DNA of 64,000 bases from Azolla caroliniana (GCA_043228905.1 JBHGNT010000005.1:6634001-6698000); one strand, 5' to 3'; shown: positions 1 through 15,170, counted from the first letter of the stretch. The notes: generated from the letters alone by a model not told the origin. Translations and numbers: made by a program.

Positions 1-699
1 CATCCAATGAAATAATACAGTGATTATGTATAGGTAGGTGTATGGGTATGTAGCCGGGGAGGGGGTGGCATCACATGTGCATTTGTACTATTATCCAATG
101 CCTACCTCAAAGGAACGAAAAATAGAAATGATAGAAACATAGATTCTTCCTCAAGTTGAAATACAAGTGAAACGTGTTAAAGCAAAACTAGAGAAAGGGA
201 CAAAAAAGCCAAGCATGGGTTTGAGGAATATAACCAAACGAAAAGACAAATGACAAGTTTCATGTGGGGATAGAGAAGAAAAGTGAGGATGGTGAGTGGT
301 TGCATAACCAACTTGAAATCATTTTATCAGCATTTCATCGTAGTGTAGTAAGTTGTAACGTAGGTTGACATCCTTGCTTTGGGTGCAATAGCATCATACC
401 ATATTCTTGATTAAGTAGGAATTCTTGTAGACACTTTCTAGCCACACATTGCCAATTTCATACCTACACATTGCTCGTACGATAATTTTTGAAACCTGGG
501 AGTGCACCTTTTAGATTTTATTTTCTTCATATGTTATTTTTCCCATAACCAACAAAACTTCAATTGGAGTTCTATGAAATTATGGCCCTTTCTTACTCAT
601 AGTTGGAACACGTGTATTCTTAAGTAAACTAAATTCTAATACATTAGCTTAGGGATTAAAAAATTCAAATAACCTACATGAAGATCAATTATTTAAAAG

Positions 700-1077
700 A
701 ACAAACAAAACCTAGATAATCATAAGTTTGGTTATCTTGGATGATTAAATCAAGATCCTATGATGGATGATATTATTTGTGACAACAAAAGATAGTGGTT
801 TGTTGTGGTTGAAAATTTGAGCTTTGGTAACAACTAATTATGTGACAATGATAAATATAATTTGATGGCTGATTTCATTGTTAAAACAAACAAACAAAAA
901 CTAGATAGGTCACAAGTTTGGTTATCTTGGATGATTAAATCGAGATACTATGATGGATGATATTACCTATCACAACAAAACATAGTGGTTTGTTGTGGTT
1001 GAAAATTTGAGTATTGGTAACAACTAATTACATGACAATGGTAAAGATAATTTGATGGTTGATTTCATTGTTAAAAA
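700..1077. repeat. Tandem duplication, ~190 bp x2
   Basis: 'ctagata..cataagtttggttatcttggatgattaaatc...tgatttcattgttaaaa' occurs at ~700-886 and ~890-1077 with scattered substitutions. Confidence 0.9.
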
Positions 1078-4000
1078 AATTCTAATGCAAAGGACATAGT
1101 AGAGATATTATGCATGTGAAAACCATGAAAGCATATATTATGCATCTTATGTGGGTTTTGCGATGTCTTAAATTAATCTTCCATCCTATTGCTTTATTAA
1201 AGCACTACAAAAATATATCATTTGATAAAGATGAATCCTCGACACGTATCATGGGCCGATGCGACTAGATTTCCTTTGACAAACCTCATTCTAATACCCA
1301 ATACTATATCATCTTAGTGATGGTTAAAGCAATATTGGACCCCCCATTTGATATCAATAATGTTCAATCAATCTTTTAGGATAAGATCAACGGATTTTTT
1401 GCAAGCACATCAATTTACAATTATGAACAACCATCCATAAAAAAATCCAATGCTCATTGTTAACCTAGTATAAGGATACATGCGTGGGTGGGTTTGTGGT
1501 AGCCTTTGTGCCTTGATTTTGTGTAACAAATTCAAGAAAATAAAAAATATCTTGAGGTGGAAAAGTAAGTTTTATGTATTTCACGTGATCAAGAAGCAAG
1601 CATATTTTTAAAGAGCCAAAGTTTTTCAATGCATGTGTTTAAGAATTGATGGTGGGTATCACCAAGACAACGTATAAACTAACATGTAATCAATGAGCTA
1701 ACTCTCATTGGTTGAAGAAATGTGGCTTTCCAAAACATTAGTAAGAGAAATGTGCAATTGCCTAAGTTAAGGCACTCTTAGAATTATGACAAGTAAACAA
1801 TAGAGAAACATTAGACCACGTTGGTTCAAGAAAATGAGAGTTAGCGTGGTCTCCAACAACACTCACCCAAGTGGCCGTGCACAAGAAGCAGATGAGTACA
1901 AACAACATCTAAAGTGCAAGCAGCGGCAACAAGGTTTTCATGGAAGAAGCTTGATTGATTAAAGAAAATGTCATATATTTGGGGTAGGTTAGGAACAATC
2001 GACAACAACAACAACAACAATTGGATGTCACATCATGGTTTGATAGAGTGAAATTTAAATATTACGCAACATTGGCGGAATGAAGAAGGATCCATGTGCA
2101 AGCCACATTTTAAAGGAGTGAATTTTAAAATAAAAAGCAAGGCCACAAAAATCAGACATATATGATATATGGTAGGCACAACAATATGTGAAACACCTAT
2201 AAAGTGAGTGGCTAGAAGAGGAGGAAGAAAGAAGTTGAATATTGCAAGAAAATGAAAGATGTTATGGATTGAGGGGTCAAAGCATGCGGTAGGGTACGAA
2301 TTCTCCGCTTCATGCGGTAGGTCCCCAATAAGGTCATTGACACTCAACCAACTATCCTATTACTTGTAAGTGTATTATTATATGTAGGTATATACATTGT
2401 ACAATATTACTTATGTAGAATGGGACTTGTATGCATCAAATTATTAAGGCATTTTGGATGTGACATTTACTTTTTTCAATTTCTTCATGGTTGCTTTCTT
2501 CTCCTAATCACCATTTTTTGTCCCATCTCTTGTGAGACTCTCTTCTATGAGCATAATGCACACTTTGATCTTTCTCTCTCTCTGTCTCTCTCTAATATAT
2601 CAACAAATGTTGTTTCTTTCCATGAGCAAGATGCCATTGCAGGAGCAGTGGAAGGTCATGCATGTGTGGGTTCATTAAGTTTATAGGTGCAAGTTGCAAC
2701 TATGGAGTGTGGGCATTCATCACATGACCTTCTTGACCCTCATTTTCATGTCAACCATATGTTTTTATGTCTCTTCTACTTGAAGAAGTAGATCATGTCA
2801 TCATACACAAAATTTCCACTTTAGAATTTAGGACCAATTAAAAGGGATCATTACGAAGTTAATTGGTCATGTATCTTACAATCACACTTTATCATAATAT
2901 ATTAATTTGCAATTACTTTACACACCAATGTGCCCTCAATGGTTTACAACTTCGATCTCAGCACTGCTTTTTTTTAGATAGTAATGTGTACTTAAATTAT
3001 TTTCTTTAAAAATAATGATGGTTTATGATAGACTAGAATAGATTTATTAAGTCCATAGAGCAACACGTTATGGAAGAGCAAGAACTACCATGATTGTAAG
3101 AAAAAAACTTACTACATGCACTCATATATTAATGGGGCATTTACATGTATATGAGCCATCTAAAATATTTTTAAATACCATACAGACACTGTTCGTGATA
3201 TTCCTCATTTTATGTACCAAAAATGTACATAAAAAAGTCTATATGTAAAAATGAAATATATGACCAAATGACCTTGTGTTGCCCTGCCCTTAAGTGAAAT
3301 AGTTTGCTTGGATTATCAATGCCAACTCTCTCCCTCTCTCTCTCCCCCCCTCCCCCGGCTCTCTCTCTCTCTCTTTTCAATTACAAGTTTAACTTTCACT
3401 TGAGGAAATTAAAATAATCACTCTATTTTTTCCACAACATCTCAAACAAAATTGGAAATGGTCGTAGGGCATAAAAATGAGTAGGAAAATTGTTTGTTTC
3501 CATTGGTTATTGGTTCATAGAGCTCTACTAGTTAATGGTTGGAGAAAGGGAAATGCACACAATATGTGCCCTTTTTGTACGAATCTAGTAGAGACTACTA
3601 AGCATTGTTTGTGAAGTTGTGACTTTACAATGGAAATATGGAAAAGAATTTATGACACTATTAATACCAGTATATCGTCGAGTAGTGTATATGTGGGGTC
3701 TTGTATTATGGGCAATGGTATAAGATAAAGAAATGGTATATGAACAAGAGGATGTTGTAGATGCACTTGCTATGAGACCTGGTTTAATGCAAAAAGTATT
3801 TATACCTTTGAATCCACAAATAGAGATTGATAAACCTGAAATATGGCAATTGGTAAGTAGTATCACAAATTGATTTATTTGGAAGGCTCAATGTTTGAAG
3901 GTGTTCCAAAATGTGGTTGAACGATCTACCCATATAATTTCTAGGATTTAGACAAAGATTGTGCATAATCTCAGAGGTTCTTTGGATAACATAATGGGTA

Positions 4001-5899
4001 ATGCGCAATAGGCGGAACTCAAACGATTGGAGTTTCATGTCATCTAGGACAAAGAAATATTTTATAGATGGATTTCTGATAAGGTGGAGTGGTTCTACTC
4101 TACACCACTGCAATATTATTTAAGCTGACGATTAGAATTTAGAAAGGGGCTCATTCTAAAAGGTGCATCTTTTATGTATAGCCTTAGGGCGTTTCTTAAT
4201 ACCAATGTAGTATCTTTTTTGGATAAAATAAAATAAAATAAATCTAAATATTGGCTAAGGTTGAGTGTTATCATTGAAATGATTTCCTCAACTTCGCACG
4301 TAGCTCTACATTTGTAAAAAGTTTGTTAACTTCATTTAGCACAAAAATATTATATAATGCCTACATTTTAGTGTTATTGAAATGAATTCAACTTCACACA
4401 TAGCACACTGCATGAGTAAAATTTCATTACTTTCACTTAACACAAATGATTTAGGTTTCTGACACATTCTAAAGCACGCTAGTTATAATTTTTGCATGCA
4501 GTAACATGTGCCAATTTTATGCCAATGTTTGGAATGAGGTATAACATCACTTCATATAAGTTAAATGAGAAGGGATTTTTAAATTCAATAAGGTACTTAT
4601 AAAACAATAACACATGAAGGCCGCATTCCAAAACTCGATAGGGAAAGATTGTATATGCTTTATATCCTGAAATATTGCAGATCTTTCTAGTTTTTTTTAA
4701 TGGCCATTCAATGCACGTGGTGTAGTCTTGATATATAGACAATAAAGCCCCCAAGACGCAAAGTAGGTAAAACTTAAATGCATATATTTGTGCTTTTGGG
4801 ACTATGCTTCTTCGAATTTGCTTATCTCTACTTTCATTCGTTTTCGTCTTTGAACATCCTTAATACTATGTTTGTTATCACAAAGTAGTAGGATTATAGG
4901 TCCACAAGAGCCAAAGTGCTGAAGAGAGAGAAAGAAGGAAGGAAGACAATGAGAGAAGGAAGAGAGAGCAAGAGAGACAAAACATTATCATGTTAGTTAT
5001 TTCTCTCCTAGTAATGTTTATTCAATTTATGGTTGACCACTATTCTCTAAAAGTTATAGACATTTTGTAGTAATGTTTTTTCAAGTTGCAGTTAAGAATG
5101 ATCCAAAAATAATTTAGACATAAATATGCACTTGTAGAAATGATTTTTTGAAACATGTTACATACATGTTGATATTATTAATTGTATGCGGGTATAATGA
5201 CATAGTTTCTTTTCTTCTCGATTTCATCGAAAGGATTGAGAAGTTTTGTTTCTTTTCATTAAGAGTTATGGTGTGATTTATACATAAAAGCTGATAATGC
5301 AACTAGTAATTGCCTCCTATGATCCAAGCCTCCTTTCAAAGTGGAAATTCATTTGTGGGAAATTGAGTCTTTAATATTGTGTTCGATAAAAGATAATAAA
5401 GATGGAAATCTATAAAAGAGTGTCTATCAACGTTTTTTACGGAAACTTTTTGACCAAGTTGTTTTCTTGTTATCCCCTCCTTGGCCCTCCTTTGTTATGC
5501 GGCATGCCATTGTTATTACATACCATTCTCAATGGGCTCCATCTTACCAAATGCTAACATTGGATGCAACTAGTCTAATGTTGGAACAACTCAAGTAAAT
5601 TTGAGGGCCATTGGCAAAATATTAATCATCCTATTTAACCATACCTTAAAATGAAGGTTAATTCCCTTTAGCTTGGCAAATAAGCATGGTAGTATTGCAT
5701 TACACCAAACATGGTGAAGTCGAACCAAATAGTTCGAACATTATTACGGTAGGTACTTATGCTACAAACTCTTCTTTACAATTTAAAGTTCTATATGCTA
5801 AATCCATTGTGGAAGTGTGGTTCAAACTCTAATAATGTGTCAATTCATTTACCCTTAGGACGGTTAAATATTCAATTACCATGGGAATAATAAACCTTC

Positions 5900-6330
5900 A
5901 TTGGTAGTTTTATATATTTCACTTAAACTTTTGACATAACGAATATGAAGAATATGTTACATAGGATGGATATTTGTGTGCACCTACCACATTTCGACAT
6001 GTGATAATATCAAGCCTATATAGAAAAGTGGATATTGTTCCGGATGTTATCCATCCCATAGACAGCCAAGCTAAAGTTGGATTAAAGGTCGTTGACAAAA
6101 TGGAACTCTTTTGGATAGATATGCTTTATGTCTGATGCTGCATTTGTTTTATTTTCTAGAAGTATGTTGAAGACACCTAGATGCTTTTGCCACTTGTCAG
6201 GTGTGCCAAAAGCTTGCACGTGAACACGATAAGACCAAGATTGTTTGGGTCCATGCTAAAAAGGTCGACCACCTTAAATTTATGCGACAAATTAGGGGAA
6301 AGTGGAAACTAACGAAAAAGTATATGCAGC
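5900..6330 (+). mobile_element. Decayed LTR-retrotransposon integrase fragment
   Basis: Broken frames include 'TCQVCQK' (CxxC half of an HHCC integrase zinc finger) at ~6195; no intact ORF. Confidence 0.3.
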
Positions 6331-9300
6331 CTTAATATTGTTAGTGCGGAGTGCAATGTACAGGACTTGCGACTTACGATTAACAACAATAAAAGTATTT
6401 GACACAAAAATGCAACCATAAAGAAGGCATTTGAGGGGAAACTCTTAGGTTGTGCAATTGATCAAAAGACTATTAGGTCTAAATTCCTTACACCAATTTC
6501 TTTGTTTACGGTCAAATTTTGTGTTTATGTTTTTTTAGGCCCAATGATGCAACAATATTATCTTCAACGAAATATGTTTTAATAGTTTCCTCACATCTTG
6601 TGTGTATGTACAATGACTCAAAATATGTCAATAATATCCCATGAAGAGTGGGGATCCATGTTGCATGTAAATAAGATACTTAGTTTCTCCAAATTGAAAT
6701 CCTCACATCCTACTCTTGATGAATGCTATTAAGCATAAACACCACTTCAATCATAGTTTGTGCCTCATGCGGGAGATGTGTGAGGAATAAATCTAGCAAA
6801 TCTTCATCTTAAAACATCATAAGACATAAACATAGGTAAATGTCCACATAAATCGGCAATAACCTCGAATAATTAATAAGACCAAAAATCTAAAGATTCT
6901 CACAACAAGTTACAACATGTATTTGGTTAACAAACTTCTAGACAATGCAAACAAACTAGAAGCAAAGAGTAATATACCACAATCACTCTATATGTAGATC
7001 AACTATACGAAACTTCATGGAAGATGGCCAATTCTAGTTTTTGAAAGATGTTGATGGAAGATTGTGCTATGTGTTTTACATGAGTAAATACCAAATTCTA
7101 CATTTTTCTATCACACTATATTAAGTAAAAAAATTGTGAGAGCTCAAAAAGTGAGTAGTTTCTCATGCATCTACTGCTAGTTTGATTTTGTAGAAATGCA
7201 CATGAAGGTGTGAAAGATTAAGTAGGACCGTAGGAATCTTGTACTGGACAAGATGTTCAATCAAGTTCAAGGAAATGTGATTTATGAAGTTCTCATGTAA
7301 GTTGGAGTAGGTCTAGATGGTCAGTATGTGTTGTATAACTGTGTGATTCTATGTGATTGTGTGATTTTTCGTTGTCTAGCTTTATTTGCAAGTTTGGTGC
7401 ACAAGTCTTGGACACGTGCCTTGTCTTAAGTTTCATTTGCAACCATTGTTGTCAAGCTTCATCGATGTTTCCATTTTAGTTGCGTGGGGTGTGTCGAGGG
7501 ACCTATAATAAGTGTATTGATAAATTGATTTATGATCTAGAACCTACATAAATAGGATAGGATTTCACTGTATATGTTCATTATTATGAGGATTGGTTGG
7601 GTGAGAAAACACCTTATTCTTGGCAAGATGACTGAAAGAGAGCATCAAAAGAGAGTATCAACCACTCTCGAGAATGTCAATGAAATGGAATAGCATCACC
7701 CAATGAACTGTCCTCCTTCCTTCCCTCACCCTAAGCCCTTAATAGGGAATTAAGCATGTTTACAAAAAATACTAAATTTACATTCTCAAAACTAACTTGT
7801 ACTACTTCTTAATTAGTGAAGACATTAGGAACCCATATAACAACACACAAATAATTATTAGTGAAAAAAAAAACCACACTCAAATCAAGGTGGAAAAAAC
7901 CTAACATAGAAATATAAGGTTCAAGATATTAAGTTAGGAGGGTCAAAGCTTAATGAAGGAGAGAGAGAGAGAGAGACTAAGGTAGCAGCTCAAGATGATA
8001 AACTCAAGTAGAGGCTAAAAAAAACACCGAAACTTACATTTTAAAGTATTTAACATTACGTGTAAACTTTTACATCATAGTGACCAATAGGAGTTTGTCT
8101 CCCTTCATTTTTTCTCTTACCCCTGTTTCCTTACCTTTAGAGTTGTACTAATGCTAATGTGATGTCATAGAAAGGCGTGAGAAATAAAACATATGACATA
8201 TATTGTACCAAAATTTCAATTCAATCTAACAAGATGTTATCATTGGCCATTGGCCACGTGTTGAAAAGTTATTTTTGGAGTATAGATGATGGAGAAGGGA
8301 ATGCCACTATACTCAATCTGATTATACTAAGTTTCAAAAGGTTGTCCTCTATTGGTTGCCTTCTCTGATCCTAATAATAGTGGGACTATGACAACCAATA
8401 TTGTCCAAACTAAGAAGTGTCACATTTTTTGAACCCATTTAAAGAGCTCCAAGATCAACACTCGAAGAGAATATTAAAGCAAATTAAGTGGTCTTATATG
8501 AGGTCGTAATGATCTAGAAGGCATAGGGCATCATTGTTTGTGGAGAAAAAGAAGATACAAGATCTAGCAAGTGACCAAGAATGTTGAAAATATATAGTGG
8601 CAAGACTATCTTCAATATAAGTCCTTCCACCCTTTAACTTTGTTAGTAGCAAACCATAGATAGGACCGTATGGTGGGGTCACTCATAGCTATAGAGAAAT
8701 GGAACTACCACAACGTCAATGCTCAAGAAGCTTTTTGGTTTTGACTTTGTCAAAATATCAACAAGGTCACAATAACTATAAAGTAAAACAATGGCAAGAT
8801 TCGCTCAAATATAGTTAGATGATTGTTGATCCTCAATTGCAACTATTTTGTTAGGTTCCATCTCTGAAAAAAGAATTAAGAGATATTGTCAAGGTACAAA
8901 AGGATGGGGCAGCTATGGCAGAACTCAAAGAGAAATTTATAAGGTTATATAGATTAACATTGGCAACATGGAGACATGCACAAAAATAGGGCAAAACTTC
9001 AACTGCTTAATTTATGAAATAATGGTTTAATTGGTTTATCGATGTAATGGTTTAATTTATTTGATTGAAATGGTTTAGGTTTAGATTAGTGATTAAAATT
9101 TGAAGCCATGATTTGGTGTTACCTTTTCCTTAAATGGTATGGTGTAAATGACTTGGTACTAATTTGATGGCTTGGTTTGGCTTGGTTTTTGTTACGTATA
9201 AATGGTTCGGTCAAGTTTTAAGGTAAAGATACCGCAACAAATCAAAATCAAAGTAGGCCCATACCTAGTTCTACAAGCCAAACACCATTCTTTTCTAATT

Positions 9301-11999
9301 TCATGCCTTATCCCCGATGGTTCTGTATTCCCTCATGCATGATTTAGTCAATCCCAACATTGAGACATATTCCATAAGCTTCACATTCTCCAGTCAAAAG
9401 TTTAGTGACAACTTCCCGATAACCAAGATCATTGTCATTATTATATGCACAACTAGCATGCCCAAGATGCCCACACCTTGTTTGGCTCTTGCACCATGAA
9501 GATTGATTGATTGTCCTTGTAACAAGTTTATTTATCAACATGTTTGGGCCTTATAAATTCAATGACCAAGTTGTCAGTGATGCTGGTTTTTGTTTAGAGC
9601 GCCTATTGTTAGATCTTATTTGCCCAACATTTTATGTCCTAACCATTGGCCTTGGCACACACTAATTATGCACCCAATGCTCTTGAGTTCGCAACAATCG
9701 TAATAGTTTTTGTACAATTTGAATTGCTTCTATCTCTATATGACATGTTGCAACTATGTGAGGTTGTGTAGGAAAGGGAGTAATGGTTGGTGGGGTATAA
9801 GTGTTGGCCCTCACGAGTGAAAATATGTGAGAGATGACGATTAAAAAACCATTTGGCCAAAAGTGACGAAATCTATGCAATTTCCTCTTACCATAATTTA
9901 CAATGAGATGTTGGGTAAAGAATGAGGATGCCCCTTATAGACACCTTAAAAAGGAAAACGGAACAAAAGAAACATCATTAGGAAGTGATTTTAAAGGAGA
10001 GGTACTACATATTCATGACGACGTACTTATTAATTGATCTTATCATAGAAATTGCCAATAACATGTAAAACACAATATAATATTTCAAGTACTCGATGCA
10101 TAACGTTGTACATATCTCCATGAAATGTTAAATTGTTTCCGCCTACCTTTTGCATGCACGTATGTGTCTATAAATGATAGTTAGCACAAACATAAATATT
10201 AAAGAATGCCGATGTTTCCGAAGAGTGGCTATATATATATTAGACAATCATGAACATGTTTAGCTTTGTCAACAATACATTGTTGTAAGCAAAAATTACA
10301 TATAAATCAAACGGATTAAGCGTCTTTTCGTGATGAGATCAATGAGCTAACAAAGATTCCAGTTTAATAATAAAGAGATATATATAAATATACACATATG
10401 CGTGCACAATGTTGCCACCTTGTAAAAGGCAAAGAACATCACTAGATATATTGTTTTCATGACCCCATGCGATTGTGCTCTTTGGTTCTAACGACTTCTA
10501 ACGTTGTTCAATGATGTTGCACACTAGCAAGAAAATATGTATAAACTAGCGCGTACATCTCATATGGCAATCAGTTGGAATTATGTGTTGGACCACTTTT
10601 TCTCTTTAAAAAAAGGCTTAAGTGCTGGTGAGATGTAAACATCCTTCCCCACTTTGTTTATTTATCATGGTGAAGAAATATTGGACAATGGACATCTGAA
10701 ATAACTTAAATGGGTTCACCACATATACATATATTTTAAACATTTGCGGAAAGCAATGTTCAAAGTGCTCCCCTACACGTTGTCGTTAGTGGAGTAATTC
10801 TAACACAATATGTATTAAAAAAGACAAAAAGAAAAAAACCCGGCTATACAGGCACCGAAGAAAAGCGAGTAGGCGGAATGGAAGCGCTTAAATTCCATCC
10901 CCCCTTTTTTTTATGCATGGAAACTAGAGTTTCGGCAAACACATTACAATATTATGTTTTTGAGATATTGTCATCGACCTTTCTACAAACAATGCCCTCG
11001 TTACTATTAATTGATTATGCTTCTGACGAATGCACCTTGAGTAGCCAATGAACAGTCAGGCTTCTACGGTTCCGTCCGTGTCTCTTCGAGACAACTAGGG
11101 TGTGTTCACACTCTAAGCCTATGGAAAACAACGATGATGATGATGATGATGATGATGATTGGGTTGGGGGAGGCATGAACTTGGAGTCTCTTTTACTTTA
11201 TGTAGTATAATAGTAGGACTTATAGATTGGTGAGGTCTTTTATTCTCTTAGAGAAGAGTGGGGGGGGGGGTTGGGGGGGCTCTAGAAGCACACACACATT
11301 GACATGACCCCATCTACACACTACTTACTACACACAAGATTATTGTTTTCATTTGTAGGCATACATAATTGTTTGTAATCATGTGTTGGGTGGGTGGAGC
11401 CCACACACCATGTGTGTATTGTTGACTAATATGTAACTAATGGTACATTATTTGCTTTGTTTCTTCTTATTCTCTTCTATCTAATACATTATAGTATACA
11501 CAATATAAATGTATATATATATATATATATATATATGTACATATGTATATATGTATATATATAGACATACAATATATATGCATATCAAAAGCCTAGAAAA
11601 AGCTCTTTGAATTTCATATTAATACATTATATACTTCCCTCCTCCTATCAATCTAATTCATGTGTTTTTTTGTTTGTTTTTGTAATGGTTCTTCTTCTTC
11701 AATTTGATCAAGTTATATGATTTTAATTCACAAAACAACCTTTGCTCTTGCCAAATCACTTACATGATGCCCTACTTTTAGAACTCATGACCATGACCAT
11801 GGAATAATTATAATGTTCAAACACCACCACCACCAACTCCTAGTAACACCATCATAATTCATAATTCATCATTCATCATCATCATCATCATCATCATCTT
11901 CTTCTTCTTCTTCTTCTTCTTTCTCTTCTTAATCAGTGTACAAATCCCATTCATTCATTATTAGCATTCCAACCATTGAATTCCATCATTTCATATTGT

Positions 12000-12031
<32 letters not shown>

Positions 12032-12033
<2 letters not shown>

Positions 12034-13045
12034 GGCAAGGTGGTCTCCTCCCCCGTGGCGCCGCAGCCGTAGCAGCGGTATCCGTAGTACCGTTGGGCGT
12101 ACCGGCAGTATCCGTAGCGGAAGTGGCCGCACTACCCGTCGGCGGACGACGATGCCGCGCTACAATGGCTTGAGGCAGAGGTATCTAGCGCTGCTCGTCC
12201 CGGCCGTCACGAGGATCAACAGGGAGATGGCCGGGCGGGACGCGTCCCAGAGAGCCGGCGCGGTCCGGCAAGCCATCGACACGTGCCTCCTGCGGGCAGC
12301 GGCGGCTTCCTCCACCTCCTCCTCCTCCATCATCATGGACCCAATTATACCTAACCCTAATCATTTCAAAATGCACAAGCCGCGCCGCCCTATCCCTTCT
12401 CCTGTCAAAAGATTATGCCCAAATTCCTTTGATCCAAGAAGCAGATTGAGGAAACAAATGGATGGGCTATGCCATAGGCTTGGGCATCCTAATTATCATG
12501 GCCATGTCCACCCAACCACCAACTCCCTCCATGTTATTCCTCATGCTTGCCATGTAATGGCCCACACCCTCACCATCATTCCCACCCAAGCAGACCTCCG
12601 AAAGCTGCAGAGCGTCTTGATCCCCCCCAACAAGTTTGAATCGATGAATCGTGCCCCCCCCCCATATTGCAACCTAATGTCCGCAACTGGATTAATCCCA
12701 TCATTAGGTACTAATGACAGTGATTATGATCAATTATCCTTCCCTCAAAATACTAATCAAGATTATTATTATTATTACGATGATGATGATGATGATGATG
12801 ATCGCGAAAAGTCCCTTCTGAATTTAGATTTAGGTTTATTTGTTAGTCAATATAATGCGGCCATAATCGAAGAAGAAGAAGAAGAAGGAAACCATGAAGA
12901 ATCGAATGGCGATGCTCTGACTATAGGTACAGATACAAATACAGATAGAGATATAAATCCAGTGATCGTCTTAACTCAAGCAGCTCAACATATTTTAGCT
13001 ATGCAATTTCAAGTGGATGCCCTTCAAGCCCTACTTGCAGATTAA
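12032..13045 (+). CDS. Atypical (non-DNA-binding) HLH protein, IBH1/UPBEAT1/AIF-like, intronless, ~337 aa
   Basis: ATG at 12032 follows a (CA)n tract, with a GC-rich 5' part. The N-terminal block 'RQRYLALLVPAVTRI...RAGAVRQAIDTCLLRAA' resembles the IBH1-family N-terminal helices. 'LRKLQSVLIPP' resembles helix 1 and 'VLTQAAQHILAMQFQVDALQALL' resembles helix 2. Family call is from motif recall. Confidence 0.65.
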
Positions 13046-14254
13046 TTCTCATCACTCCATATATATTGATTATGATACCTGAACCTTTTCTTTCTTTTGA
13101 TTCAACAGATGATCTCATTCATCTTATATGCACCTGTGAAATGATCAATAATACATACACATATATTATATTGTTCATATTTAGTATACAGTAAAAATTA
13201 ATCCTTCCATTATATACACATATTAATATGTCTTTATTTTGCTTGATTTTAAGTTATATCTTGCTCATTTTGACAAGTGATTCCCTACAACTCTAAGGTT
13301 TTGTGAAAAAACTTGTAATCCTGTCAAAATATATTTCAATTTCTCATTTCAATGATCGGAGTTCAAAATCTATTTTAATTTCATTCCACTGCTAGAAACA
13401 CACCCCCTGCTGTTATGTGCGGATACTATGATGCTCATGATAATGATGAGTTTTTGTGTGATCCCTATTCCCTGCATTGGATTATATCTGTTGGCGTTTT
13501 GTTTTTTTGCATGATTTTACTTCCTAAATTATAATTATAATAGACCAATAAAATCCCTTGTATTTTTTTTTACCCCTAATCAAACAGTTTTCGCCTATAA
13601 TTCCTTTAATATTGGCTTCATATACTGCCCATAAACATAACATTAATGTTGGCGAAACCACTACATGTTAATAATTCTTGGAAAGATCATGCTAATGACT
13701 GTGAGTCGATTCTTTGAAAGTCATCTGATGGAATGGGTGTAGAATGTAAGTTATAATTGATCGAAAAAACATTGCCGAATGTGTGTTCTTTCTTCATATT
13801 AAGACATTGCACCAAAAGAACCGTCTGAGTGTTAGGGTCTTTACAATGCGAATGATTTATCGATCATTAAGGATTCAACGGAAAAGTGGCAGTTACTTGA
13901 GCCATCCATAACCAGTGTCTGTCTTCATTTGATAGTAGCTTCATGATGGAAGCTTGACCAATTAATCAAAAACAATTAGCTATGGGGCAAGATGATTATC
14001 TGACTTGTAATTGTGAGATTCCACTATTAAGAAATCTTCCTGCAACCAGCTTGTGCACAAACCATGTGCATGCTTATACATACAAATCTTCAACTTATAA
14101 ATTATGAGATATGATAATATGCTCTTATTCGATTCCCAATTAACTGCAATGCCACAATTTCTTCCCATGGCACCACGAAACAATTGTTTTAATTGCTTCA
14201 ACAGTTAATTTAATTGGAAATGTGTGCAAGATAAGCAAATTTTGATCTATAATA

Positions 14255-15170
14255 TACTAGTTCACAATATGTATAAGCATTCTCATGATGAATGTCATGC
14301 TTATGGTTCTTAATCTTACGTCTAATGCAATATGGAATCTAACCTAAAATGGGTCTCACAACACCCTTGATCTTGAACTAATTATTGTATGGTCCACACA
14401 CTCTTTGTTTAAAGCTTATACTAGTCCATAATACTAGTTTTCTCATGATGAATGTCATGCTTATGGTTCTTAATCTTACGTCTAATACATGGAATCTAAC
14501 CTAAAATGGGTCTCACACACCCTTGATCTTGAGCTAATTATTGTATGGTGGTCCACACACTCTTTGTAAGCTTATACTAGTCCATAATACTAGTTTTCTC
14601 ATTATGATTGTCATGCTTAATGGTTCTTAACCTTACGTCTAATACATGGAATCTAACCTAAAATGGGTCTCACACACCCTTGATCTTGAGCTAATTATTG
14701 TATGGTCCACACACTCTTTGTAAGCTTATACTAGTCCATAATACTAGTTTTCTCATTATGAATGTCATGCTTATGGTTCTTAATCTTACTTCTAATACAT
14801 GGAATCTAACCTAAAATGGGTCTCACACACCCTTGATCTTGAGCTAATTATTGTATGGTCCACACACTCTTTGTAAGCTTATACTAGTCCATAATACTAG
14901 TTTTCTCATTTATGATTGTCATGCTTATGGTTCTTAATCTTACGTCTAATACATGGAATCTAGGCTAAGCCTAAAATTGGTCTCACACATTCTTTGTAAG
15001 CTTAGACTAGTCCACACTACTAGTTTTCTCATGATGTTTGTCATGCTTATGGTTCGTCATCCTAGTATGTCTAATACATGGAATCTAGCCTAAAATGAGT
15101 CGGTCTCACAAACCCTTGATCTTGAACCTAATTCTTGTATGGGCGACATACACTCTTTATTAAGTCCATC
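14255..15170. repeat. Satellite-like tandem array, 6 units of ~153-158 bp (fifth unit ~123 bp)
   Basis: The unit 'ttctcatgatgaatgtcatgcttatggttcttaatcttacgtctaatacatggaatctaacctaaaatgggtctcacacacccttgatc...ctagtccataatactagt' starts at ~14280, 14438, 14594, 14748, 14901 and 15024. Confidence 0.95.

Noticed and set aside
8200-8950. Possible retrotransposon pol remnant
   Set aside because: Too degenerate to assign motifs or boundaries reliably.
11936-12031. N-terminal extensions in the ORF track (also 48368-48418 and 55897-55920)
   Set aside because: They begin at non-ATG codons or run through microsatellites and splice acceptors; the downstream ATGs are more plausible.
13400-14200. Possible decayed MULE/SWIM remnant on the minus strand
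   Set aside because: Only a weak 'KHAHGLC'-like hint, with no TIRs or DDE motifs that I could confirm.
14255-15170. CRISPR-like array
   Set aside because: Whole units repeat with no unique spacers, there are no cas genes, and the context is eukaryotic.
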